A DNA stretch of 64,000 nt from Longimicrobiales bacterium (GTDB lineage: Bacteria > Gemmatimonadota > Gemmatimonadetes > Longimicrobiales > Gaopeijiaceae), in contig CBDFMQ010000002.1 in assembly GCA_965249725.1 (NCBI GenBank), positions 128,001-192,000 on the forward strand, written 5' to 3'. The notes under the pieces were generated by a model, which saw only the letters and a list, made by a program, of their open reading frames with translations, was not told where the DNA came from and did no database searches. A program made the translations under genes and the position numbers. How positions within the stretch are numbered: position 1 is the first letter of the stretch; every line of letters starts with the position of its first letter. Below, in pieces: positions 9,600-18,584 of this stretch.

Positions 9600-11750
9600 A
9601 TGGTCGGTGCTCTCCTACTTGCAGTACTGAGCCTTCCGCAGGCCGGGGGTGTCGCGCAGACGCCTCCGGCTGCGGAGCTCTGCCCGAGGGACGCGAACGC
9701 GTGGACCGTGCCGGCGTGGAGCGCGTATTGTACGGACCTGATCCCGGTCCCGACGCTGCGCTATGCGTACGGGATTCTCGAGATGCGGGGCCTGCCGACC
9801 CCGTTCGATGTCTCGGTCACCAGGGACGGTAACTACGTCTATGAGCTGACCGCGCTGGTGGACGGCCTTCCCGCGCCCGAGACGCTCGGCGACTACAGCG
9901 TGTACGTGGCCTGGGCCACCACGCTCCTGCTCGGAAACCCGATCAATTTGGGCGTCGTGACAAACGGTCGGGTCGATCTCGGGACGCTGGACTACGATCA
10001 GTTCCGGATTCTGATCAGTGCTGAGCCGAGCGCCGACGTGCCGGATCGCACGGGTCCCCTGGTGCTTCGAGGCACGTCCCCGAGCGCCCAGGCGCAGCAG
10101 CACCAGGACGCGCTCATGTTCCCGCCGTCCGACATGGACCACTCGGGCAGCGGCTGGAGGGCTCCGCCCATGGCGCCGGCGTCACCGATGATGCCGGGGC
10201 TCATGGGGTTGGTACCGGTCGTGGAGCCTTTCCTGCCGGGGTTGGAGGCCGAGGCGGGTCCCGTGCCGCGCGTCGAGCCCCCGGGGTCGGTGACCCTTGC
10301 CGATGGGGACACGCTTCGGCTCGAGGCCGCTCCGGTCCGGGCGAGCATTGGCGGCCATGACCTCGGCCTGTACGGATTCAACGGGCAGAGCCCGGGGCCC
10401 GTGCTCAGCGTCCAACAGGGTTCCGAGATCGTCGTGGCGTTCACCAACTCCACGGCTCTATCCACGACGCTGAGATGGCACGGAGTGCGCTTGGAAAACC
10501 GCTTCGACGGTGTTCCCGGACTCACCCAGCGGCCGGTGCGCCCGGGCGACACGTATACCGCGCATGTCCGCTTTCCGGACCCTGGCGTTTTCTGGTACCA
10601 CCCGCATCAGCGGGGTGACGCTGCCCAGGATCTGGGACTCTATGGCGCGATCCTCGTGGAGCCCGACGATGGGGACTACTACGCTGATGTGAACCGCGAA
10701 GAGGTGCTGATCCTCGACGATCTCCTGATCGACGACCAGGGCCTCATCCCGTGGGGGAGCGAAACACCCACGCATGCCTTGATGGGGCGCTTCGGCACGC
10801 AGGTCCTGTTGAACGGTCGGACGGACCACGAGATCTCGGTCGACCGTGGCGACGTGGCGCGGTTCTTCTTGGTGAACGCCTCCAACACGCGGGTCTTCAA
10901 CATGGCCTTGGGCGGGGCACCGATGAAGGTGGTCGCAGGGGACCTGGGCCGGTTCGAACGCGAGGAATGGGTGGAGAGCGTGGTGATCGCCCCGGGCCAA
11001 CGCTACGTCATCGAGGCCCGCTTCGAGGACCCGGGCGACGTCGCCATCACGAACCGGGTGAGCGCTCTCAACCACTATGCGGGTGTCTTCTACGCCAAGG
11101 TGGATACGCTGGGCGTCGTGCGCGTGGGGACCGAACAGACCACGCGGGATTACTCCCGGTCGTTCTCTCGGCTGAGGGAGAATGACGATGTCATCGGAGA
11201 CATCGACCGATTCCGCCCGTACTTCGACAAGCCGGTCGACCACAACCTGGAGCTGCGGTTGGTGGTCCAGGATCTAGCCCCCGTGCTCGACATGGCGATC
11301 CGAAGCTCCACGTATTCGCCGCCCATGGAGTGGAATGACGCCATGCCGGTGATGAACTGGCTTACGACCGGGCTCACCGTGAGGTGGGTCCTCAACGAGC
11401 CGACGCCCGAGGACGACCCGGGCGCCGACGACGAGGACCTCGCCCCGGCGACGGGCTGGCGCTTCACCCAGGGGGACGTGGCGAAGATCCGCATCGTGAA
11501 CCCGGGAAGCGGCGTCCACCCGATGAACCATCCGATGCATCTGCACGGTCAGAGGTTCCTGGTGATCGAGCGTAACGGAGTGAGAACGACCAACCTCGTG
11601 TGGAAGGACACGGCCGTGATCCCGGTGGGGTCCACGGTGGATCTCCTGGTGGACATGTCCAACCCGGGGAACTGGATGCTCAACTGTCAGATTCCCGAGC
11701 ACATGGGCTCGGGAATGGCGATTTCGTTTGCGGTGGATCCCGCGCCTTAG
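9600..11750 (+). CDS. Multicopper oxidase family protein with a degenerate trinuclear copper site
   Basis: GFNGQSPGP, RWHG, FWYHPH, HPMHLHG, WMLNCQIPEHMGSGM; extra N-terminal domain; signal peptide. Confidence 0.88.
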   Translation: MVGALLLAVLSLPQAGGVAQTPPAAELCPRDANAWTVPAWSAYCTDLIPVPTLRYAYGILEMRGLPTPFDVSVTRDGNYVYELTALVDGLPAPETLGDYSVYVAWATTLLLGNPINLGVVTNGRVDLGTLDYDQFRILISAEPSADVPDRTGPLVLRGTSPSAQAQQHQDALMFPPSDMDHSGSGWRAPPMAPASPMMPGLMGLVPVVEPFLPGLEAEAGPVPRVEPPGSVTLADGDTLRLEAAPVRASIGGHDLGLYGFNGQSPGPVLSVQQGSEIVVAFTNSTALSTTLRWHGVRLENRFDGVPGLTQRPVRPGDTYTAHVRFPDPGVFWYHPHQRGDAAQDLGLYGAILVEPDDGDYYADVNREEVLILDDLLIDDQGLIPWGSETPTHALMGRFGTQVLLNGRTDHEISVDRGDVARFFLVNASNTRVFNMALGGAPMKVVAGDLGRFEREEWVESVVIAPGQRYVIEARFEDPGDVAITNRVSALNHYAGVFYAKVDTLGVVRVGTEQTTRDYSRSFSRLRENDDVIGDIDRFRPYFDKPVDHNLELRLVVQDLAPVLDMAIRSSTYSPPMEWNDAMPVMNWLTTGLTVRWVLNEPTPEDDPGADDEDLAPATGWRFTQGDVAKIRIVNPGSGVHPMNHPMHLHGQRFLVIERNGVRTTNLVWKDTAVIPVGSTVDLLVDMSNPGNWMLNCQIPEHMGSGMAISFAVDPAP

Positions 11751-11764
11751 GCCGGAGGAACAGG

Positions 11765-13210
11765 ATGATGATGAAGCGATTGGAGCGGGGGCTCGTGTTC
11801 GCGGTGATCGGACTGCTGGCGAACGGATTGTCCGGGGTGGAGGTCGCCGCGCAGGCGCCCAACCTCGTCCGGACGGACGCATCAGTAGTGGCGCTAAACC
11901 ATGTGGCCGTCATCGACGGTACAGGCGCCGAGGCGGTCGAGGACCAGACGGTGCTCATCCGAGACGGTGACATCGAGGCGGTTGGCGCGTTCGGATCGGT
12001 GCCGGTCCCCCCCGGAGCCGAGACGTTCGATCTCTCCGGTCACACCGTCATGCCGGGCATCGTGGGCCTCCACGACCACATGTACCTCTCGTCGAACATG
12101 GGCAGCATGAGGCCTCAATTGGCCACGTATCCCATGCTTTTCTTGGCCAGCGGCGTCACGACCATCCGCACCACGGGGAGCGTGGATCCGTATCAAGAGC
12201 TGAACATGAAGGCGGCCATCGCCGAAGGGTCACGAATCGGTCCGGAGATCTTCGTGACGGGGCCGTATCTGCAGGGGCCGACCTCCCCGGTGGGCGTCAT
12301 GCACGAGCTCCAGGACGAGGAGGACGCGCGCCGCCTGGTTCGGTATTGGGCGCAGGAGGGCGTCAGCTGGTTCAAGGCGTACACGACCATCACACGGGCA
12401 CAGCTCGGCGCCGCCATCGACGAGGCCCACAAGTACGGCGTGAAGGTCACGGCGCACCTCTGTTCGGTGACGTTCCGTGAGGCGGTCGACCTGGACATCG
12501 ATCATCTGGAGCACGGATTCGACACCGATCTACAGTACTTCCCGGGCAAGCAGCCCGATGAATGTCCGCTCAACAGCGCCGAGTCCTATCAGGAAATGCA
12601 GGAGACCTACGCGGCGATAGACATCGAGGAGCCGCGGGTCCAGGCCACCATCTCGCACATGATCGAGGCCGGAGTGGGGCTGACGTCGACGCTGGCCGTC
12701 AACGAGATCGGAAAGCCCTCGTTCTACGAATTGGACCGGCGCGTGCTGGACGTGCTCCACCCCGAGATCGCCGAGTGGGTCGAGGAGCAGTACGAGGCCC
12801 GCAAGCCGGAGGCGACCGAGACCGGCGCCCAGATGATGAACCGGCTCTGGGAGTTCGAGAAGTCGTTCTACGACCAAGGGGGACTGCTGACCGCCGGGTC
12901 GGATCCCTGCTGCGTGTGGGTGATCGCAGGGTTCGGTGACCAGCGTAACTACGAGTTGCTCGCAGGGCGCGGTGGGTTCACGGCCGGCCAGGCGGTGCAG
13001 GTCATGACCTACAACGGTGCGCGAGCGCTTGGGATCGACGATCGGGTAGGGAGGATCCAGCCCGGGATGCAGGCAGATCTGATCGTGCTGGAGGGGGCTC
13101 TGGCCGAGGATCCCTCGGTGATCAAGAACACACGTTATGTCTTCCGGAAGGGCGTGGGCTACGACTCGCCGGCGATTCTGGATTTCTTGAAGGGCAGGGT
13201 GGGGAGGTAG
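11765..13210 (+). CDS. Secreted amidohydrolase family protein
   Basis: MPGIVGLHDH, GVTTIRT, TAHL, LEHG, GSD, GRIQPGMQADL; RBS GGAGG upstream. Confidence 0.9.
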   Translation: MMMKRLERGLVFAVIGLLANGLSGVEVAAQAPNLVRTDASVVALNHVAVIDGTGAEAVEDQTVLIRDGDIEAVGAFGSVPVPPGAETFDLSGHTVMPGIVGLHDHMYLSSNMGSMRPQLATYPMLFLASGVTTIRTTGSVDPYQELNMKAAIAEGSRIGPEIFVTGPYLQGPTSPVGVMHELQDEEDARRLVRYWAQEGVSWFKAYTTITRAQLGAAIDEAHKYGVKVTAHLCSVTFREAVDLDIDHLEHGFDTDLQYFPGKQPDECPLNSAESYQEMQETYAAIDIEEPRVQATISHMIEAGVGLTSTLAVNEIGKPSFYELDRRVLDVLHPEIAEWVEEQYEARKPEATETGAQMMNRLWEFEKSFYDQGGLLTAGSDPCCVWVIAGFGDQRNYELLAGRGGFTAGQAVQVMTYNGARALGIDDRVGRIQPGMQADLIVLEGALAEDPSVIKNTRYVFRKGVGYDSPAILDFLKGRVGR

Positions 13211-13827
13211 TGACCACCAGAGTCCTCGAGGTCTTTACGGACTTCGTCTGACCTTGGTGCTACTTGAGCGCCGGGCGCGTTCGGAAGCTGGAAGCCGAGT
13301 ACGATCTCGACGTCCGCTACACCTATTTCCCGCTGCACCCCGAGACTCCCGTAGAGGGGCGGCTCCTTGCCGACTTGTTCGCCGGCCGCAGCGAGGCCGC
13401 GTTGCAGGCCATGAAGTCACGGCTGGCCGGCTTCATGGACCAGGAGGGCCTGGAGTACGGGGATCGCACGCGCACCTACAACAGCCGAGTCGCTCAGGAG
13501 CTGGCCGTGTGGGGCGACGACGAGGGCGTGACGGATGCACTGCACGACGCGCTTTTTCGCGCCTACTTCGTCGAAAACCGAAACCTGGCCGAGACGGATG
13601 TGCTTGCGGACGCGGCGACGTCGGCGGGGCTGGACGGAGAGCGGGCCCGGTCCATCGCCGAGGATCGCGCTTACCGAGGGGCGGTCGACGACCACTGGAA
13701 ACGCGCCACTGACATGGGAGTGACCGGGGTGCCCACCTTCGTATCGGAGGGGTTCGGGGTAGTGGGCGCACAGCCGTACGACGTCCTCGAGGAGCTGGCG
13801 AGCAGGGTAGGGGCGGTGCAGCGTTGA
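13210..13827 (+). CDS. DsbA/FrnE-like oxidoreductase, predicted selenoprotein (UPWC)
   Basis: GTG at 13210 overlaps the upstream stop. Reads MTTRVLEVFTDFV-TGA(13249-13251)-PWCYL, then FPLHPETP and GVTGVPTF, GAQP. The TGA sits at the first Cys of CPWC. Confidence 0.88.
13266..13283 (+). promoter_or_regulatory. Candidate bacterial SECIS hairpin
   Basis: GAGCGC-CGG-GCGCGTTC stem-loop with its loop about 20 nt downstream of the in-frame TGA. Confidence 0.45.
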
Positions 13828-13858
13828 GTGGAGCGCTCGTGGTTAGCGGAGCAGTGCG

Positions 13859-14407
13859 GTGTCCGGGATCCGAGATCGGCGGGACCCGGACTTGAGTCTC
13901 CACGGAAAGCTCGCCGCCGCGTGGGGCGTCGGTGGTATCGTCCTCTTGCTCGCCGACGCCATCTACCGGCTGACGCCCCTCGCGATCGAGACGTTCGATA
14001 GCGCCTTGGGCGTCCTGCACTGGGGTGCCTTGGTGGTTTGGGCGGCCGCGATGTTGGTCATGGAGGGATACATGGGCTTCCAGCGGTCCTTCTCTCCTCG
14101 CTTCGCAGCCCGTGCCCGGTACCTGGCGGAACATCCGAACTTGGTACGATCGCTCTTCGCCCCCTTCTTCTGCATGGGGTACTTCCATGCCACCCGCGGC
14201 GTGCAGATCCGGTCGATTCTGCTGACGATCGGCATCGTGGCCCTCGTGGTGGGTGTACGGCGGGTGGATCAGCCGTGGCGCGGAATCATCGACCTGGGGG
14301 TTGTGCTCGGCCTGACCTGGGGCACCGTCAGCATCGCAGTGTTCAGCTACCTGGCGTTCGCGACCGAGGGGTTCGGCCACTCGCCGGAGACGCCGAAAGG
14401 CAAATAG
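13859..14407 (+). CDS. Hypothetical membrane protein
   Basis: About four hydrophobic segments, typical codon usage; EGYMGFQRSFSPR, QPWRGIIDLGV. Start uncertain. Confidence 0.75.
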   Translation: MSGIRDRRDPDLSLHGKLAAAWGVGGIVLLLADAIYRLTPLAIETFDSALGVLHWGALVVWAAAMLVMEGYMGFQRSFSPRFAARARYLAEHPNLVRSLFAPFFCMGYFHATRGVQIRSILLTIGIVALVVGVRRVDQPWRGIIDLGVVLGLTWGTVSIAVFSYLAFATEGFGHSPETPKGK

Positions 14408-14577
14408 ACCTCCGCCCCCACCCAGATTGCCGCATGGTGGGGAGCCCTGGCCCTTCCTTGTGGTTTCCTGAGACCGGACCACATGTTGTCCGCCACGACC
14501 GAGCCCGTAGGCCTCTGAGCGGGGTATCCGCCCCCGGCTTGCCCGGCACGTATATCGCCAATGAGCTGGAGCCCCCT

Positions 14578-17280
14578 ATGAGCGACACCATGGAACGCCT
14601 GAACGCTGCCCTCGAGGGCCGTTACGTCATCGAGGGCGAGCTCGGCGAGGGCGGTATGGCGACCGTCTACCTGGCCGACGATGTCAAACACGAGCGCAAG
14701 GTCGCCCTCAAGGTTCTCAAGCCCGAATTGGCCGCGGTGGTCGGCGCCGAGCGCTTCCTGGCCGAAATCAAGACCACGGCCAACCTGCAGCACCCCCACG
14801 TTCTACCGCTCTTCGACTCAGGCGAGGCGGACAGCTTTCTCTTCTACGTGATGCCGTACGTTCAGGGTGAGACGCTCGCGGACCGGATCGATCAGGAAAA
14901 GCAGCTTCCCGTCGACGAAGCCGTGCGCATCGCCATCGCTGTGGCCGGCGCGCTGGACCACGCGCATCGTGCGGGGGTCGTGCACCGGGACATCAAGCCG
15001 GCCAACATCTTGCTTCAGGATGGCCAGCCGGTGGTGGCCGACTTCGGGATCGCGCTGGCCGTGGGAGCGGCGGGGGGCTCACGCCTTACGGAGACCGGGC
15101 TGAGCATAGGTACGCCCTTCTACATGAGCCCCGAGCAGGCCACGGGCGACCAGGGCGTGGGTGCAGCGAGCGACACCTACGCGCTCGCCTGCGTGCTCTA
15201 CGAGCTGCTCGTCGGCGAGCCGCCTTACCTGGGCAACACCGCCCAGGCCGTGCTCGGCAAGATCATATCGGGCCGGCCGGTGGCGCCCACCGAGCACCGG
15301 TCGTCGATCCCAGCCAACGTGGACGCCGCGATCCGGAAGGCGCTGGAGAAGCTTCCGGCGGACCGGTTCACGTCGGCGCAGGACTTTGCCAAGGCGCTCG
15401 AGGACCCGGGCTATCGGCACGGGGAGTTGGCGGGTGCCGGGGCGAGCGTCGATGGTGATCGCTGGAAGCGGATAGCCATGGGGTTTGCGGCCGCGACGGT
15501 CGTGTTCGGTGGTGTGTCTGCGTACGCGCTGCTCCGGCCCGAGGCGCCCGCGCCGGTCAGCCGCTACAGCATCGCGCTGCCGGAATCGGAAGCGTTGGAC
15601 CGCGGGTTCGGCTCCGACATCGCGATCTCGCCCGACGGATCACGCTTCGTGTACGTCGGTGTCGACGACGACGAAGGGGACCGGCCACAGCTCTGGCTCC
15701 GGCGGCGGGATCAGCTTGGCGCCCTCGCGCTGCCGGGCACGAGCTCCGCCCAGCAGCCCACCTTCTCCCCTGACGGCGAGAGCGTGGCTTTCTTCACGTT
15801 CGGACCGAATTCGGTGAAGGTTGCCTCGCTCGGCGGTGGCCCTCCGCTCACGGTAGCGGACGAAGTACTTCAAACCGCAGGACTTACATGGGCGCCCGAC
15901 GGCTTCCTCTACCTCGACATGGTGGAAGGCCTGGGACGTGTTCCCCCCACCGGCGGCGAGATCACTCTCGTTACGACGCTCGGCGAAGCGGAGACCAGTC
16001 ACAGCTGGCCGGACGCGCTGCCCAACGGCCGGGGTGTGCTCTTCACGATTTTCCGTGAGCCTGTCACGGACCAATCTCAGTACGACATCGCGGTGATGGA
16101 CCTCGACTCCGGGGAGCACCAGGTCCTGGTGCGTGGCGTCTACGGTCGGTATGCCGCCCCGGGGCACCTGGTCTACGTCACGGCCGACGGCACGATGATG
16201 GCGGCGCCCTTCGACGCGGATCGCCTCGAGGTGACAGGCCCCGCAGTGTCCCTTACGGAGGGATTGGGCATTGGGAGGCTTGGCGGCACCAACCTCGCCC
16301 TGTCGAAGTCCGGCGACGCCATGTACGAGACCGGTACCGTGTCCGAGGGATTGCACGAGTTCACCTGGGTGACACGGTCCGGGGAGGCCATATCAGTGGA
16401 TTCCGGTTGGTCGTTCCGCCGAGGGGACGCGAATCGTGGATGGACTCTGTCGCCCGACGGGAGCCGCCTGGCGCTCCGGGCGCTCGCAGAGGACAACTAC
16501 GACATCTGGGTGAAGGAGCTGCCACGGGGGCCCCTGTCACGGCTCACGTTTCACGAGACCCAGGACAAGATGCCCCAGTGGACCCCGGACGGAGAGTCGG
16601 TCTTGTTCCTTTCCGATCGGCTGGAGTCCAATGACTTCGACTTGTGGACCAAGCGTGCCGACGGCACCGGCGAGGCCGAGCTCTTGTACGACTCCGAGAG
16701 TTCCATGGCGGAGGGATTTGTCAGCGAGGATGGGGAGTGGACCGTGTTGCGCGTCGCGGGAGTCGGTGGCGTCGCCGGCGGGCGCGACATCGTGGCCGTC
16801 CGGTCCGGAGGCGACGGAGAGACGTTGCCCCTACTTGTGGGAGAGTACGACGAGAGCTCCCCCCAGCTCTCCCCCGATGGCCGCTGGATGGCGTACCAAT
16901 CGAACGAAACGGGTCGGGACGAGATCTTCGTCCGCCCGTTCCCCGACGTGCAGAGCGGCAAGTGGCAGGTCTCCACGGACGGCGGGCGGGGGCCCGCGTG
17001 GGCGCACAGCGGACAGGAGATCTTCTACACCGTCCCCGCTGGTAGCCAGATGGTCGCCGCGAAGGTCTCAGCCGAGTCCGCGTTCCGGGTGGAGAGCCGA
17101 GAGACGCTCTTTTCCACCGCCGGATACACACTCGGCAACGTTACACGTCAATGGGACGTGACCGGAGACGATCAGCGATTCCTGATGGTCCGCCCATTCG
17201 GCGTAGACGAGGAGACCAGCAACCAGTTGATCGTGGTGGAGAACTTCACCGAGGAGCTGAAGCGACGGGTGCCGAATTGA
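14578..17280 (+). CDS. Ser/Thr protein kinase with a TM helix and TolB/PD40-like beta-propeller
   Basis: GEGGMATV, VALK, HRDIKPAN, DFG, GTPFYMSPE; multiple SPDG repeats. Confidence 0.95.
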   Translation: MSDTMERLNAALEGRYVIEGELGEGGMATVYLADDVKHERKVALKVLKPELAAVVGAERFLAEIKTTANLQHPHVLPLFDSGEADSFLFYVMPYVQGETLADRIDQEKQLPVDEAVRIAIAVAGALDHAHRAGVVHRDIKPANILLQDGQPVVADFGIALAVGAAGGSRLTETGLSIGTPFYMSPEQATGDQGVGAASDTYALACVLYELLVGEPPYLGNTAQAVLGKIISGRPVAPTEHRSSIPANVDAAIRKALEKLPADRFTSAQDFAKALEDPGYRHGELAGAGASVDGDRWKRIAMGFAAATVVFGGVSAYALLRPEAPAPVSRYSIALPESEALDRGFGSDIAISPDGSRFVYVGVDDDEGDRPQLWLRRRDQLGALALPGTSSAQQPTFSPDGESVAFFTFGPNSVKVASLGGGPPLTVADEVLQTAGLTWAPDGFLYLDMVEGLGRVPPTGGEITLVTTLGEAETSHSWPDALPNGRGVLFTIFREPVTDQSQYDIAVMDLDSGEHQVLVRGVYGRYAAPGHLVYVTADGTMMAAPFDADRLEVTGPAVSLTEGLGIGRLGGTNLALSKSGDAMYETGTVSEGLHEFTWVTRSGEAISVDSGWSFRRGDANRGWTLSPDGSRLALRALAEDNYDIWVKELPRGPLSRLTFHETQDKMPQWTPDGESVLFLSDRLESNDFDLWTKRADGTGEAELLYDSESSMAEGFVSEDGEWTVLRVAGVGGVAGGRDIVAVRSGGDGETLPLLVGEYDESSPQLSPDGRWMAYQSNETGRDEIFVRPFPDVQSGKWQVSTDGGRGPAWAHSGQEIFYTVPAGSQMVAAKVSAESAFRVESRETLFSTAGYTLGNVTRQWDVTGDDQRFLMVRPFGVDEETSNQLIVVENFTEELKRRVPN

Positions 17281-17293
17281 GGGGTGGGCCCGC

Positions 17294-17704
17294 CTAGTTC
17301 GCCGGGTCGATTACTACCAGTCCCTCGAAGTAGTCCCGGTAGAACCCGTGATCCCGTGTGAGTAGCCGATCCGCGTGTGCCTGGGCATGCGCTCCCACCA
17401 GGAAGTCCGCGGCGATGCGGCGAGACTCTCCCCGTCGCCCTCGGTACTTCTGCCAAAATCCGGCTGCGAGCAGGGCTGCGGCTCGGCTGGTTGGAACGAA
17501 CCTGACTCCAAGAATGTCTAGAGCCCGCTCTGCGGCGGCGGGATCGGGTTCGAATAGTGTGGCGACCTCGGTCCAAACCACGGGGCTCGCCACAAGACTG
17601 CCTTCCGCAAGGCACGTGCGGATCATCTCACGCGATGCCTCACCATACTCGCGGTCTGCCACAAAGAGGTCCACGAGCACGTTTGTGTCTACCGCGGTGA
17701 TCAC
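17294..17704 (-). CDS. vapC: PIN-domain VapC-type toxin
   Basis: VDTNVL, E in VWTEV, ADFLVGAHA, LLTRD; GTGA overlap with the antitoxin stop. Confidence 0.9.
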   Translation of the reverse strand: MITAVDTNVLVDLFVADREYGEASREMIRTCLAEGSLVASPVVWTEVATLFEPDPAAAERALDILGVRFVPTSRAAALLAAGFWQKYRGRRGESRRIAADFLVGAHAQAHADRLLTRDHGFYRDYFEGLVVIDPAN

Positions 17705-17931
17705 TCGAGCCGCTCTCCACCCCGGAGCGAAGCCATGAGGTCTTCGGTTGAGCACTCATTGGGGAGGATGCCGAAGACCGCGTCCACGGGACTCCTTGGA
17801 ACGAACTTGCGAACCTCGAGACGACCTTCTCGCTCCTCGAACTCCACCATTTGACCCGGCCGAATGCCCAAGCGATCCCGGAGTTTCTTGGGAATCGTTA
17901 TCTGACCACGGTCGCCGACTTTGGATTTCAT
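17701..17931 (-). CDS. AbrB/MazE/SpoVT-family antitoxin
   Basis: KVGDRGQITIPKKLRDRLGIRPG; directly upstream of the PIN gene. Confidence 0.9.
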   Translation of the reverse strand: MKSKVGDRGQITIPKKLRDRLGIRPGQMVEFEEREGRLEVRKFVPRSPVDAVFGILPNECSTEDLMASLRGGERLE

Positions 17932-17966
17932 ATCAACAAGATATGAAATCATATGACGATTATCAA
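17924..17966 (-). promoter_or_regulatory. Sigma70-like promoter with palindromic operator of the TA operon
   Basis: Minus strand: TTGATA, 17 nt, TATCTT, 6 nt, ATG. Perfect inverted repeat GATTTCATATC-N5-GATATGAAATC at 17924-17950. Confidence 0.75.
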
Positions 17967-18039
17967 ACTCATCTCCTCTCTTCGGCTTGGCCTAACTCTC
18001 GGGGGGGTGATGGGGCGATCAAATGCCTGGTTGCGCCAC

Positions 18040-18509
18040 TGACTGGCACAACCCACCCTACCTCCAATGAAATCCTTCTTCCCCATGAGACGGGGCGAGG
18101 TGGCGACTCTGCTCTCCCTCGTCTTGTTCGCTGCCTTCTCGTTCATCCCGGCCTGGCGAACCATCGAGCTGGGCGGCATGGCCGTATTCGGTTGGCTCAT
18201 GGCCGCTCTGATGGTGGTTTCTCCGGCGATTGCACTGTTTACCTTTCTGCGCGGGAGCGGTGGCACGTCGGGTGACTGGCACAACCCACCCTACCTCCAA
18301 TGAAATCCTTCTTCCCCATGAGACGGGGCGAGGTGGCGACTCTGCTCTCCCTCGTCTTGTTCGCTGCCTTCTCGTTCATCCCGGCCTGGCGAACCATCGA
18401 GCTGGGCGGCATGGCCGTATTCGGTTGGCTCATGGCCGCTCTGATGGTGGTTTCTCCGGCGATTGCACTGTTTACCTTTCTGCGCGGGAGCGGTGGCACG
18501 TCGGGTGAC
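18040..18509. repeat. 233-bp tandem direct duplication
   Basis: 18040-18272 is repeated at 18273-18505 with no differences seen; TGAC occurs at all three boundaries. Confidence 0.95.
18067..18303 (+). CDS. Duplicated small membrane protein, copy 1 (altered C-terminus)
   Basis: Identical to 18300..18584 up to ...SGD, then WHNPPYLQ from the duplication junction. Confidence 0.5.
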   Translation: MKSFFPMRRGEVATLLSLVLFAAFSFIPAWRTIELGGMAVFGWLMAALMVVSPAIALFTFLRGSGGTSGDWHNPPYLQ

Positions 18510-18584
18510 GCCGCTCGGGCCGCGGATTTGGCCGATCACGCCGGGTCGGCCGAAGGTGAGACGTCCGGCAGGAGCACCCCCTGA
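18300..18584 (+). CDS. Small two-TM protein, probable symporter accessory subunit
   Basis: Two hydrophobic helices; TGATG coupling to the sodium:solute symporter. Confidence 0.7.
   Translation: MKSFFPMRRGEVATLLSLVLFAAFSFIPAWRTIELGGMAVFGWLMAALMVVSPAIALFTFLRGSGGTSGDAARAADLADHAGSAEGETSGRSTP

Noticed and set aside
14038..14577. 180-aa N-terminal extension of the kinase in the ORF track
   Set aside because: It overlaps the membrane-protein gene in another frame and is low-complexity; the kinase most plausibly starts at ATG 14578.
18040..18509. CRISPR array or insertion sequence
   Set aside because: Only two 233-bp coding units; no spacers, cas genes, terminal inverted repeats or transposase.
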